DNA from: Mustelus asterias
Lineage: Eukaryota
Direction of reading: 5' to 3'
Assembly: GCF_964213995.1 (NCBI RefSeq)
Contig: NC_135825.1
Location: 24,118,001-24,182,000, forward strand
DNA length: 64,000 nucleotides
In this document: positions 38,601 through 52,296 of the stretch, one piece after another
How the letters are laid out: each line of letters opens with the position of its first letter
Numbering within the stretch: the stretch's first letter is position 1
Notes under the pieces: generated by a model
The model's database searches: none
Seen by the model: only the letters and a program-made list of their open reading frames with translations
Told to the model about the DNA's origin: nothing
Position numbers and translations under genes: made by a program

Positions 38601-40125
38601 ACCGTAAGGACACTATAAGGCCATCAAGTCCTGGGGTGGAACTTGCATCTGGAGCTTCTGGCTCAGAGGCAGGGATGCTACCAACTGTACAGGACCTCCC
38701 TGGGCAGATAAAACCTCAGTGTAATGTTTCTTCCAAAGGACAGCACCTCCTGAAGTCTCAGCCTAGATTTTATGCCCAAGTCACATCTCATGGCAAACTA
38801 ATGCTGAACATTAAAATATCGGTTTTCCATATGTGAAGCCTGACGACTTTGCTGTGTGGTAGCCAGCCACAACTGGCATGAAACCCACTGTTATCATCAT
38901 ATTCTGAACACCAGATGGGAAGATAAAATTCTGGCACCAAAACTTTTGAGGAAGCTAAGTGTCAATTCTAAAAATGTTACTCAAACATAGTCTCTATTGA
39001 TCTGGTTGGCTATATCAGACAGAAGGTGGGAAAATGTGAAACGAGCTCTTACGTAAAGGACTTATAGATGCTTCAAAGCCAATGCATAAATGTAAACTCA
39101 GGCTGAAAGAGGTTTGCAGGAGGGTCTTCCATTTTTGGTACTGCAACCTTTGAAGAATACTGAAAGCCTTGAACAGAGTGGGTGTGAGGAAGATGTTTCA
39201 TTAGTAGGAGAGACAAGGATCCGAGAGCACAGCCTCTGAATAAAGGCACGAGCCTTTAGAACCGAGATAAGGAGGAATTTCTTCAGCCAGAGGGTGGCGA
39301 ATGTATGGAATTCATTGCCACAGAAGGCTGTGGAGGCCAGGTCATTGAGTGTATTGAAGACAGAGATAAATGGGTTCTTGATTGGTAAGGGGATCAAAGG
39401 TTATGGGGAAAAGGTGGGAGAATGTGGTTGAGAAACTTATCAGCCAGGATCGAATTGCAGCGGAGCAGACTTGATGGGCCCAATGGCCTAATTCTTTCTG
39501 CTCCTTTAACTTATGGTCTTATGGTCTAAGACGTAACTAACAACAGGCTATAGTGTAGTGTTGCGTTGCACCAAGGAGCGAAAGAAGCTGGAGATAGGAC
39601 AGAGAAGATGGCAAGATAGAAAGTGGATCAGGTCTTGATTTGACACCATGCATGCTTCGTGAATCAACCCTATGACCAGGAATGAGCAGCGGAGCATTAG
39701 ATTCTTCAGGGACGCACAATGTTGTACAATGGAGAGGTAATTGAGCTGCTTTGGCATTTGTACCAACCTCTATTGAGATGACAGCTGCTGTGTTCTAAAT
39801 TTTTAGGGATAAATATTGGCCGGAATGCCAGAACTCACCTGCCTTTCTTCAGATATTGCTTCTAGGTCTTTTACACCCACCTGAGGGAGCAGATGGGCCT
39901 CGATTTAATTTATCATCCAAATGATATCATCTCCTACTGTGCTGATCTCCCTGAGCACTGAATGGAAGTATTATCTGAGATTAAGTGATCAAGTCTAGTG
40001 GGGGATTGCTAATCTTGCAAAAATCATCTTTTTTTTACTATAAATTCTTTGCATCAGAAAGTGTGAAACACAGAATAAGAAGTTTTAAGTGTTCAACGTT
40101 GTTATCAGTCATCACCATAATGGAA

Positions 40126-40715
40126 AAGTTAAAGTTCAAAGTTTTTATTTATTAGTGTCACAAGTAGGCTTACATTAGTTCTGCAATTAAGTTACTGGAC
40201 GGCAGGGTGGCACAGTGGTTAGCACTGCTGCCTCACAGTGCCAGGGACCTGGATTCAATTCCGGCCTCGAGTCACTGTCTGTGTGGAGTTTGTACGTTCT
40301 CCCCGTGGCTGTGTGGGTTTCCTCCGTGTGCCCCGGTTTCCTCCCACAGTCCAAGGATGTGCAGATTAGGTGGATTAGCTATGCTAAATTGCCCCTTAGT
40401 GTTGGGGGACTAGCAAGGGTAAATGCATGGGGTTATGGGAAGATAGGATCTGGGTGGGATTGTGGTTGGCGCAAACTCGATGGGCTAAATGGTCTCCTTC
40501 TGCACTGTAGGGATTCTATACTGTGAACATCCCCTAGTCGCCACACTCCGGCGCCAGTTCGGATACACTGAGGGAGAATATAGCATGGCCAATACACCTA
40601 ACCTGCATGTCTTTTGGACGGTGGGAAGAAACTGGAGCACCCAGAGGAAACCCATACAGACACGAGGAGAACGTGTAGACTCCACACAGATAATGATCCA
40701 AGCTGGGAATCAGAA
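40126..40715. mobile_element. HE1 SINE (~40198-40520, +) inserted into an alternative-tail V-SINE (-)
   Basis: Host tail sequence is split, with tactg duplicated at the junctions. Confidence 0.8.
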
Positions 40716-41932
40716 TGTTACAGCTCAAATACAAAATGATTTTGTAAAATAAAGGCATTAATCAGCAAAATATCTCCACCTAGTTTGTCTTCATCCTTCC
40801 CAGATGCCAATAATCCTGCTGCGTATTTCCACCATTTTCTATTTTAATTTCATATTGTCTGTATTTGATTTGCTTTCATCCTCTCAGCCTCAACAGTTCT
40901 GTTATCTTGTCAGATTTATTTAAAACTTCTGGCTTCAGGACACCATAGAGACTGAATCAATATTTATAGAATTTACCAAAGTAATTTTGCTGTCTGACTA
41001 GTCCAGGGCATTTCAACAATTGTATATTGCTACAAATTCAATTCCTCCGGCTGGATGGATTTCCTGTATTGACATTTCTAATATCCACAATTTCCCGACT
41101 ATCAATCAACAGCTGAAAGTGCAAATTGCCAATGTTGCCTGTGACCGTGAGCCTTCGCAGCGGAACAGTGTATTCTCAGCCGCAGCCTCGGAAGGCCTCA
41201 ATCGTGGAAGGCCTCGGCTGAAGCCTAAATTTTTGTCAAAGACTTGAGCTGCAATTTTATCATTGCATTGCGCCCGCTTTCGGTCAAGCGGTGCATAAAG
41301 CGATTAGCGTGATTGGTGCCGGTTTTCGTGACCGGCGCCATTTTACAAGCGCCTGATTTCCGGCGCGGTCAGTCTCTCGCCGGAAATGGGCGAGAGGCAG
41401 GTTAATGTATTTAGATTTATTTAAATACTGTTTAACATCTGCTTAGCGAACTCGGCGCTCAATCGTCCGGGTTCAACCCCCTTTATGACTTCGCCGGGAA
41501 AGGTTCTCATGAACGGTGGAACCGGAGGCCATTGATGTTTCCACCGGGAGCCCAAGGGCAAGGGCGAAGGTGCCCCTTGGGACGTGCTAGACTGGCAGTG
41601 CCACCTTGGCACCTGGGCAATGCCCACCAGGCACCTGGACAATGCCCACTGGGCAATGCCAGAGGGCAGGGCTGGTGGGGGATGGGGCCAGTGGGGTGGG
41701 AACAAATGGGGACAGTGGGGGTGGGACTAATGGGGGAGGAGCCTGTGGGGATGGGGCCAGTGGGGTGGGGCTAATAGGGGAGTAGCTAATGGGGGGAAGG
41801 GGCCTGCGATCGGTCTGGGTGGCGGGGGGGTGGTCAGTGGGGGCTGTATCTTGGACTGCTGGCCCCCACTATTGCAGGGGGGGAGCTGCTTCAGGCTGCC
41901 TGCACTAGCAGGGGCCTGACAGCTCTCTCTTT

Positions 41933-42190
41933 AAATTGTCTTTAAATTCACATTGTCTGTATCTTTAAGACTTGATTAGCTGTAAAGATTCGCATTCTAA
42001 TCAGTATTCTGTAAATTGATTTTGTGTCTCTGTATGCCCTGTTTGAGAGCAGATATCCACTCCGTCTGATGAAGGAGCAGGGCTCCGAAAGCTAATGGCA
42101 TTTGCTACCAAATAAACCTGTTGGACTTTAAGCTGGTGTTGTTAAAACTCTTACTGTGTTTATCCCAGTCCAACGCCGGCATCTCCACAT
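41933..42190 (+). mobile_element. Penelope-like terminal-repeat insertion with hammerhead motif
   Basis: 13-bp TSD cagctctctcttt at 41920-41932 and 42191-42203. CCGT-CTGATGA-a-GGAGC-agg-GCTCC-GAA-AGCT-A-ATGG at 42062-42098. Confidence 0.85.
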
Positions 42191-42360
42191 CAGCTCTCTC
42201 TTTGTCAGACCCTTGCTACCGCTAATGTGCATGTGCAGCATCAGAAGCCTGCACATGCGCACCACCTCCCTCTGCAGGCTTTCAGGAGCATTAAGCCCCG
42301 CCCACAGGCTAATGCAGTGAGCAACAGGCTCACTCAGAATTTTGCAGGCAGAGTGCGTAT

Positions 42361-42506
42361 GGGGGGGCGGGGGGGCGGGGGGGCGGGTGGGGGGATGGAG
42401 GGGGCGGGGGTGGGGGATGGGGGGGGGCGGGTGGGGGGATGGAGGGGGCGGGGGTGGGGGATGGAGGGGGTGGGGGATGGGGGGGAGGGGGGAGGCGGGG
42501 GGGGTG
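42361..42506 (+). repeat. G-rich minisatellite (G-quadruplex potential)
   Basis: Repeats of ggggtgggggatggagggggc. Confidence 0.85.
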
Positions 42507-43395
42507 GCTGCAGGGGCTGAAAACACACCCAAAAGAAGGATGTGAAACTCTCCCAGTTTGAACTCCGCCCAGCACTTAGACAAAAAATGGTAAAATCTCC
42601 CACTTACCTGCCATTCACGCCATGCTCCCACTGCAGCGAAGTCGGAGAATTTGGCGACCAGCCAAATCTCCGTTCACTGCGGGCAGGGTGGAAAACTCCC
42701 GCCGGTGTGAACGGCGGTAAGATGGCGGCCATAACATTTGAAACTAAAATACAAAATGGCGGATTATGCAGTAGGATTTTTGGAATCCGAGAAGGATGAA
42801 GACAAGTTAGGCCGACGCACACCACTGATTGGTGCCTTTAGTCTACAGAATCATCTGAGATTTCGGTCGCAACTTTAATTCCCAATGTTTGTTTTCTTTT
42901 CAAGATTTCAATTATTACGATGGCTGATCACAGCATTAAGCGCATGGGATTTCCTATTTTGTGGTTGTATTCTGTGTGATGCAAAGGATTTGTTTTAAGA
43001 AAAGATGGTTTTGCAAGTTCAGCAGCTCTCAACCATTTAATTGAAGCTGACACTTCTATTTAATACTGAGGGAGTCCTGCACTGTGGGAGACGCTGTGTT
43101 TTGGATGAAAAATTAATTTCAGGCTCCATCTCTCTCAGGTGGTTGTAAAAGATTCCCTGTCACTGTTTGAAGATGTTTGGAGTGCTTTGATTTGAACTGA
43201 TGCTGAGTTTCGTTTCAGTGTATAGCATGTTTAAATAATATGCAGTCATTCACGACACATAAGAATGTTGAAATCCTATTCATGCCTGATAGATTCTGGT
43301 CGGAGGTTTTCATTCTGTGCACAGAGTGTTGGCAGAGGCAAGAAAACCTGCGTGTAGCTCACAGGCTGTCACAGCTAACTTTTCCCTCCAGATAA

Positions 43396-43787
43396 GGGGA
43401 GGCAATGGCCTAGTGGTATTATCGCTAGGCTATTAATCCAAATACTCAGCTAATGTTTTGAGGACTGGGCTTCGAATCCCGCCTTGGCTGGTGGTGGAAT
43501 TTGAATTCAATATAAAAAAAATCTGGAATTTAGGAATCTCCTGATGACCCCCCATGAAACCATTGTCAATTGTTGGAAAAACCCATCCGGTTCACTAATG
43601 TCCCTTTAGGGAAACAAATCTGCCAAAATCTGGTCCGGTCTACATGTGACTCCAGAGCCGCAGCAACGTGGTTGACTCTCAACTGCCCTCCGAAATGGCC
43701 TAGCGAGCCACTCAGTTCAAGGGCAACTAGGAATGGGCCGTAAATGCTGGCCAGCCAGCGATGCCCACGTCCCGCTAATGAATAAAA
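43396..43787 (+). mobile_element. Full-length tRNA-derived SINE, second family
   Basis: A-box tggcctagtgg, B-box-like ttcgaatccc, LINE-matching tail, agataa on both flanks. Another head begins at about 63940. Confidence 0.85.
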
Positions 43788-44820
43788 GATAATCCAGCAC
43801 TCTGTGTGGGAAAAACCTTGAGGCGTGACCCAGGCCGTCATGGTGGCAGTGTGGGGTGGGGCAGAGAAAGTCAGCAGGCGTAGATCCTGAGGATGCCTCT
43901 TTAAAGGGCACCTCAATCTCTGATAGACAACGCAGGAGCCCCCCCCCACCACATGTGGAACCCCCCCACCGCACCCCAACATGGATAGTGCCAGGGTGCT
44001 GGAAGCACTGTCAGAATATTAGGGTTAATGCCAGGGTGCCGGGGGCAGCACCAGGGTGCTGGGGGCAATGCCAGGGTGCTGCCCAGGCATATCCCTCATC
44101 GCCCAGGGCTGTACTTATCTCTGAAGCCCCCAGCAGGTAGCCTTTGTCCGGTTCCCATTTTAACAAAAACCAGTTGTCAACCTTGCGGACGTGATGTTAC
44201 ATCAGCCCGGGGGGGATTTCCAAATGTCGGGGGGGGGGGTGGAGCAAAACGATATGGCAGGGAAACCCACTGATTATATTGAAATGTAATTAAATAAGGT
44301 TCCTGACCTTCCTGGGAGGGAACCTTATTACATCACTGGAGGAGGAATCGGAAAATACGATCTCGCCAGCAAGATTCTCATTTTCTAAGTCTCGCCATAA
44401 TTTGCACCCACATCACCGCTTGTCGCGGCCATCTGTGGGAAACTTCGGAGATTTATGGACGGGACGGTGACACAGTGGGGCAGCACAGTGACACAGTGGT
44501 TAACGCTGATGACTCACAGCGCCAGGGTTCCGGGTTCGAATCCCGCCTTGGGTCACTGTCTGTTTGGAGTTTGCACATTCTCCCCGTGTCTGTGTGGGTT
44601 TCCTCCGGGTGCTCCAGTTTCCTCCCACAGTCCAAAGATGTGCAGGTTAGGTGGATTGGCCATGCTAAATTGCCCCTTAGTGTCGGGGGGGCTAGCTAGG
44701 GTAAATGCATGGGGTTATGGGAATAGCGCCTGGGTGGGATTGTGGTCGGTGCCGACTCGATGGGCCAAATGGTCTCCTTCTGCATTGTAGGGATTCTATG
44801 ATATCAATACCCCCATGACT

Positions 44821-47078
44821 GGGCCCAATTTTACCATTTTGATTCTAAGTGCTGAATCTGGGCGTGATTCAGATCCGATTTGGAAACCTGTCCCCAGGCG
44901 CCCCCATACGCACTCAGCCTGAAAAAAAAGTCATGAATCTGAATCATGCTGTGGGCGGGGCTTAGCGCTCAGGACCGATGCCTCCATAGACATCGCCCCA
45001 CCCCCACAACATAACTGTCCCCCTTGTCCACCCACCCCCCCCCCCCCATTACCCAGACCGATCGCGACCCCCTGCCTCACTTCCTCCTCACCGATCATCC
45101 ACAGAATGGCAGCGGACCCCCCCTGCCCCTGTCCCCCCCACACCCCCCCCCCCCCCCACCACCCCCCAGAGATCCATCTGGTCCACCTCCCTCCTCCTAC
45201 TCCCCCCCCTCCCTCCCACCCAGCACCAGAGAACAATTGGGCTTCCTTACCTCCCCCCCCCCCCCACCAGAGATCCATCTGGCCCTTCTTCTCCACCCCC
45301 CTACCCCCCACCAGAGATACACCTGGCCCTCCTCATCCTCCCTCCCCCCCACCAGAGATACATCTGACCCGCCTCCTCCTCTCCCCCCTCCCCCCACCAG
45401 AGAACGATCTGGCCCTCCTCTTTCGCCCCCCTCCTACCAGAGAATGATTGGGCCCTCCTCCTCCCACCCTCTCACCAGAGAGTGATCTGGCCCACCTTCC
45501 TCCCCCCGCCACCACCGATCTGAGTCAGAGAGCTGTTGGAACCTCTGAACTTACCTCTTCAGAAGCTGGAGCACCCGAAACAGACCTTTACCGAGCAAGT
45601 GAGAGATATTGCACTTTGGAAGGACAAACCAAAGAAGAACGTACTGTCCCCCTTGTCCACCCACCCCCCCCCCCATTACCCAGACCGATCGCGACCCCCT
45701 GCCTCACTTCCTCCTCACCGATCATCCACAAGTGGGGGGGGCCGCGACAAGCGATTCTGTGGATTCTGTGGTAATGGGGGGGGGGGGTGGGGGGGGACAG
45801 GGGCAGGGGGGGTCCGCTGCCATTCTGTGGATGATCGGTGAGGAGGAAGTGAGGCAGGGGGTCGCGATCGGTCTGGGTAATGGGGGGGGGGGGTGGGTGG
45901 ACAAGGGGGACAGTTATGTTGTGGGGGTGGGGCGATGTCTATGGAGGCATCGGTCCTGAGCGCTAAGCCCCGCCCACAGCATGATTCAGATTCATGACTT
46001 TTTTTTCAGGCTGAGTGCGTATGGGATGAGCGAATGTTTCTATGTTTCTAAATGGTAGGACTCTGAAGAGTCCAGTTGAACAGAGGGATCTGGGAATACA
46101 GGTACAGAATTCCCTAAAAGTGACGTCACAGGTGGATAGGGTCGTAAAGAGTGCCTTTGGTACATTGGCCTTTATAAATCGGAGTATCGAGTATAAAAGT
46201 TGGAGTGTTATGGTAAGGTTATATAAGGCATTGGTGAGGTGGATTTAAAGTATTGTGTACAGTTTTGGTCACCTAGTTACAGGAAGGATGTAAATAAGGT
46301 TGAAAGAGTGCAGAGAAGGTTCACAAGGATGTTGGCGGGACTTGAGAAGCTGAATTACAGAGAGAGATTGAATAGGTTGGGACTTTATTCCCTGGAGCGT
46401 AGAAGAATGAGGGAAGATTTGATAGAGGTGTATAAGATTTTGATGGGTATAGATAGAGTGAATGCAAGCAGGCTTTTTCCACTGAGGCTAGGGGAGAAAA
46501 AAACCAGAGGGCATGGGTTAAGGGTGAAAGGAGAAAAGTTTAAAGGGAATATTAGGGGGGGCTTCTTCACGCAGAGAGTGGTGGGAGTGTGGAATGAGCT
46601 ACCGGATAAAGTGGTAAATGTGGGGTCACTTTTAACATTTAAGAAAAACTTGGACGGGTTCATGGATGAGAGGGGTGTGGAGGGATATGGTCCAAGTGCA
46701 GGTCAGTGGGACTAGGCAAAAAATGGTTCGGCACAGACAAGAAGGGCCAAAAGGCCTGTTTCTGAGCTGTAATTTTCTATGGTTCTATGGTTCTATGTTT
46801 GTTTCGCGCCGAATCTGGACGGGTGAACGCGATGGTAAAGGGGTAAGTGCCGCTAAGTTTGAGCGTCCACCCCATTAAGTCAATTTAAATGCATACAAAT
46901 GCATTTAAATTGACATCGCGTCCGTTTCAGACGCGCTGCTGATCACGGCCATTTTCGGGCCTTGGTAAAGGGGGAATCGGTGCAGACGCGGATGCAGATC
47001 GCGCTATTCGCCTCACACCTGACTTTACCAAGATTTTGCGCCCAAAAATAGGCACAACGCAATGATAAAATAGGGCCC
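44821..47078. mobile_element. GC-rich non-autonomous TIR element with internal C-rich minisatellite; carries a CR1 and a templated insertion
   Basis: Termini gggcccaattttacca / tgataaaatagggccc. Homologous to 52297-53226. Confidence 0.75.
45598..46798 (+). mobile_element. CR1 LINE fragment split by a ~400-bp templated insertion
   Basis: LHFGRTNQRRTY (45609-45644) continues as NGRTLKSPVEQRDLG from about 46050. Tail (ttctatgg)n. Confidence 0.9.
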
Positions 47079-47307
47079 AATGTGTTTTCCAATGGCAGAG
47101 GCAGCCTGCCATTGGCCAGTGGCAGGATCTTCCAGTCCTGTTGATATCTAAGGTGTTTTGCATGGCCCACACTCTTCAACAAAAGAGAAACCACCGCAGG
47201 GCGTCACCGTTGGTGGGACCAGAAGATCCTCCTGGCAGGAAGGGCCGGAAAACTCCACCTGATATATTTGATCTTCAGAAAACTTTGAACTGATGCATTT
47301 TCAAATT

Positions 47308-47815
47308 TTGATTTGATTTATTGTTTTCACATGTATTAGTATACAGTGAAAAATATTGTTTCTTGCACACTATACAGACAAAGCATACTGTTCATAGAGA
47401 AGGAAACGAGAGAGTGCCGAATGTAGTGTTACAGTAATAGCTCAGGTGTAGAGAAAGATCAACTTAATGCAAGGTAGGTCCATTCAAAAGTCTGATGGCA
47501 GCAGGGAAGAAGCTGTCCTTGAGTCGGATGGTAGGTGACCTCAGACTTTTGTACCTTTTTCCCGATGGAAGATGGAGGAAGAGAGTATGTCGGGGTGCGT
47601 GGGGTCCTTAATTATGCTCACTACTTTTCTGAGGCAGTGTAGACAGAGTTAATTGATGGGAAGCTGGTTTGCATGATGGATGGGTTACATTCACGACCTT
47701 TTGTTGTTCCTTGTGGTCTTGGGCAGAGCAGAAGCCATACCAAGCTCTGATACAACCAGAAAGAATACTGTAAAAGTTGTAGCTGACATGCCAAATTTCC
47801 TTCGTCTACTGAGTA
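47308..47815 (-). mobile_element. Rex1/Babar-type LINE 3' fragment
   Basis: Clearly similar to 509-1030, including the tail. Confidence 0.85.
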
Positions 47816-49714
47816 GAAGCATTGTAATACAGATTTGTAATACAGATAGAATCAGACAGAAAATATTGTCAGGCATTGTCAGTTATTTGTGCTCAGGATT
47901 GGGCAGTGCTGACAAGGCCACATTTGCAGGCCATCACTGAAGGGCAGTAAAATACTGTTTTATCTGATGTTAAAGTTCGCCACAATCTGCATATGGTGTG
48001 TGAATATTTTATCCATGCTTTTAAAATCAACTCTCAATGTCTGACATATCAGCTGATGTGATCGTTAATTCACGCTGAGTATTCAGCAGTGACACTATCA
48101 TTCTTTTCAGCTTCATGACTTTTATTTTCTTGAGGGATTCTTTTTTTCTCAATGGGCTGAATAGCTTCTTGTGCTGTGACCTTTCTATGACTCTGTGACT
48201 GGGATACCCATTGACAACTCTGCCATACTTTCTTGGTTGAGTTATAGCTTTCTTGTCGTTTTTTAGATTTACTATCGCCAGAAACTAAACTTGTTCAACA
48301 AGTGTTTCACATTTAGTCTGCAAGGCGAGATAAAAGGATTCAGATAATTTCATCAATCTTGACAACAAATGTTTAAGTTATCGCCAGCACCAAACAACTG
48401 CACAAGAGTGCCAAAAGAATGGGTCTTCTGTTCAGTGCACTATTCAGACACATCGAACGCTAAGTGCATTTTAGTGTCCTCAACAGACCAACAACATTTG
48501 TATTTGTCGCTTTCTCAGTCGCAGAAGTATGAAAATGCAACAGTTTAGTAAGAATTGAAAAACGCATTGTGAATTTTTGGACAATAATGCTGTTAATATT
48601 TAATGCAAAGGTTTCCAAACTGTGGGGTTGTGTGATGATCATTTGGGATCGCGAGCTGCAATCAGCAATTGCCAATGTTGAGTGGAGACTCTGGCTGGGC
48701 TTTGAATTTATTTTCCCCAGAAAATTCATCAATGGGCAGCTTCTACTGCCCTGATAGATTGCTCGTTAAATGCTCTGATTGGCCGTTCAGTTCAGTGCTA
48801 CAATTAGCTAATCGAGGACTTCCACGGATGTGTTCATAATGGAGGAAGTACTTTGAACTCACGCTTAGAGGTAGTTTGATTGGTTGTGAAGTACATTGAC
48901 ACATAGAGTGGACCATGGAGAGGATGTTTCCATTGGTAGGAAAAACTAGAACCAGAGGGCACAACCTTAGACTAAAGGGACGATCCTTTAAAACAGCGAT
49001 GAGGAGGAATTCCTTCAGCCAGAGAGTGGTGAATCTGTGGAACTCTTTGCCGCAGAAGGCTGTGGAGGCCAGGTCATTGAGTGTCTTTAAGACAGAGATA
49101 GATAGATTCTTGATTAATAAGAGGATATGGGGTTATGGGGAAAAGACAGGAAAATGGGGATGAGAAAAATATCAGCCATGATTGAATGGCGGAGCAGACT
49201 CGATGGGCCGAGTGGCCTAATTCTGTTCCTATGTCTTATGGTCTTATCCTCAGGTTTTGAAGAATGAAATATGAATGCAGGTTTTCTTTCCTCTCCCCTT
49301 TACAGACGTTAGGAGGCCTGATGTCTCACTAGAGTGAAGGTTTTCCATCTGTACTGCAGACAGGAAATTGCTTCACTTAAAAATTTATAAGAGATGAGCA
49401 GTCATGAGATGAATCAGTTTATTTTCATCCATAACTTCTATTTAAACATTACAGTTAAGCTATTTGTAGCGTAGGCATTTTGCAGCTCAAATCAGTGACA
49501 ATTAGTTCTTCCATTTGTCCCATTGAGTTAAACGTTGAGTCTACATTTACTCGTTTCCTTTTATTTAACTTCTAAAAGTGAAGGTGTTTTTTTTCTGAAA
49601 TCATTGTTTTCTACAATTATATTCTAAAGTAACGTCATGTCAACTGTTAATCTATAAGAGTATCAAAATAGATTTGTCTCTAAGTTGAAGGTTCTAAGAT
49701 CAATCGCCAACATT

Positions 49715-50258
49715 CCCAGCCTTGACTCAGTGATAGCACACTTACCTCTGAGTCAGAAAGTTATGGATTTGTGCCCTATTCCAGCCACTTGCGCACCTAA
49801 ACTAGGCTGACTTTTCAGTGCGATGCAGAGTGGGCGCTGCACTGTCACAGTTGCCATCTTTCAAATGAGATGTTAAAGCAAGTTATTGCCTGCACTCTCG
49901 TGGCTCTATACAAAGGACAGCACAAGAGTTCTCGGGCGCGATCTCACCTGCCATTCACGCCACGCTCCCGCTGCAGCGAGGTCAGAGAATTTGACGGCCA
50001 GTCAAATCTCTGTTCACTGTGGCACGATGGGAAAACCCCACCGGTGTGAACGGTGGTAAGATTCCAGCCCCAGTGCTAATATTTATTCCTCAACCAATAT
50101 CAGTAAAAAGAAAATTATCTGGTAATTAGGTTATTGTCTCATTGTCATTATGGGACCTTTCTGTGTGCAAAATGGTTGCTCTGTTTTCCTACATTGCAAC
50201 AATGACTACTCTTCAAAAATACTCAATCAGTGGTAAAGTGATTTAAAACATTCTGAAG
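49715..50258 (+). mobile_element. Deu-domain SINE (SacSINE1/AmnSINE1-like) with an inserted MITE (49934-50070)
   Basis: Head ctctgagtcagaa, Deu-like core, aatatttat.cctcaacc and tttcctacattgcaac..tgactac motifs. Other remnants near 30020-30240, 39790-40000, 43060-43170, 56460-56650, 60490-60640 and 63530-63630. Confidence 0.65.
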
Positions 50259-51840
50259 TCAAGGTAGATAAATCCCCGGGACCTGATGAAGTGTATCCCA
50301 GGACATTGTGGGAGGCTGGGGAGGAAATTGCGGGTCCCCTAGCCGAGATATTTGAATCATCGATAGTCACAGGTGAGGTGCCTGAAGATTGGAGAGTGGC
50401 AAATGTTGTGCCTTTGTTTAAAAAGGGCTGCAGGGAAAAACCTGGGAACTACAGGCCAGTGAGCCTCACATCTGTGGTGGATAAACTATTGGAAGGTATT
50501 TTGAGAGACCTACAGGCATTTAGAGACGCAAGGACTGAATAGGGACAGTCAGCATGGCTTTGTGAGTGGAAAATCATGTCTCACAAATTTGATTGAGTTT
50601 TTTGAAGGGGTAACCAAGAAAGTAGATGAAAACAGTGCAGTTGATGTTGTTTACATGGACTTTAGCAAGGCCTTTGACAAGGTACCACATGGTAGGTTGT
50701 TGCATAAGGTTAAATCTCACAGGATCCAAGGTGAGGTATCTAAATGGATACAAAATTGGCTTCTTGACAGAAACCAGAGGGTGGTTGTAGAGGGTTGTTT
50801 TTCAAACTGGAGGCCTGTGACCAGCGGTGTGCCTCAGGAATCAGTGCTGGGTCCACTGTTATTTGTCATTTATATTAATGATTTGGATGAAAATATAGGA
50901 AGCATGGTTAGTAAGTTTGCAGATGACACTAAGATTGGTGGCATAGTGGACAGTGAAGAAAGTTATCTCCAATTGCAATGGGATCATGATCAATTGGGCC
51001 AGTGGGCTGACGAATGGCAGATGGAGTTTAATTTAGACAAATGCGAGGTGATGCATTTTGTAGATTGAACCAGGGCTGGACTTACTCAGTTAATGGTAGG
51101 GCGTTAGGGAGAGTTACAGAACAAAGAGATCTAGGAGTACATGTTCATAGCTCCTCAAAAATGGAGTCACAGGTGGACAGAGTGGTGAAGAAGGCATTCG
51201 GCATGCTTGGTTTCATCGATCAGAACATTGAATACAGGAGTTGGGACGTCTTGTTGAAGTTGTACAAGACATTGGTAAGGCCACACTTGGAATACTGTGT
51301 GCAATTCTGGTCACCCGATTATAGAAAGGATATTATTAAACTAGAAAGAGTGCAGAAAAGATTTACTAGGGTGCTACCGGGACTTGATGGATTGAGTTAT
51401 AAGGAGAGGCTGGATAGACTGGGACTTTTTTCTCTGGAGCGTAGGAGGCTGAGGGATGATCTTATAGAGGTCTATAAAATAATGAGGGGCACAGATCAGT
51501 TAAATAGTCAATATCTTTTCCCAAAGGTAGGGGAGTCTAAAACTAGAGGGCATAGGTTTAAGGTGAGAGGGGAGAGATACAAAAGTGTCCAGAGGGGCAA
51601 TTTTTTCACACAGAGGGTGGTGAGTGTCTGGAACAAGCTGCCCAGAGGTAGTAGTAGAGACGAGTACAATTTTATCTTTTAAAAAGCATTTAGAGAGTTA
51701 CATGGGTACGATGGGTATAGAGGGATATGGGCCAAATGCAGGCGTTTGGGATTAGCTTAGCGGTTTTAAAAAAGAAAGGGCGGCATGGACAAGTTGGACC
51801 GAAGAGCCTGTTTCCATGCTGTAAACCTCTATGACTCTAT
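50259..51840 (+). mobile_element. CR1 LINE, longest copy (whole RT, frameshifted)
   Basis: KSPGPD, NYRPVSLTS, YMDFSKAFDKV, SGVPQ.SVLGP, KFADDTK, WNKLP. Tail ctctatgactctat. Confidence 0.96.
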
Positions 51841-52296
51841 CATGAAATACACTATAGAAATACAGGTCTTTTTCTTCGCTTTGCATCAAGGGGATTGGAA
51901 CATCTTGCATCTATTAATCAAGTGGCAGTATGAAAAACTGCATTATGAACAGTATATAGGGCAGCATTACACTGTGTTATGAGTAACAAAGGCCTGATAT
52001 AGATTAGACCTAAAGCTGCATTTCTTCACAGCGCTATTGTACAACAGCACCCACTCATCTATTCAAAGTACACAGCTCACCAGTATGAACTGTTCCATTC
52101 CAATCAACTTAGGTTCTTAAAATAGGATCATGTAGGTAAATGCTGTGCACTCTGTCAAATGTAAGGTAAATTCAGGAATTCAGAATCATTTTCACTTAGA
52201 ATCCTTGATAACATCAAAGGTAAGATTATCATCCCATTCATCTAGTTAGATTTGAGACCAATGTTCAGAGATGGTGTGGCATTGTTCCAACACGCT

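Noticed and set aside
42128-45959. Proline- and glycine-rich ORFs
   Set aside because: They are translations of G/C-rich minisatellites.
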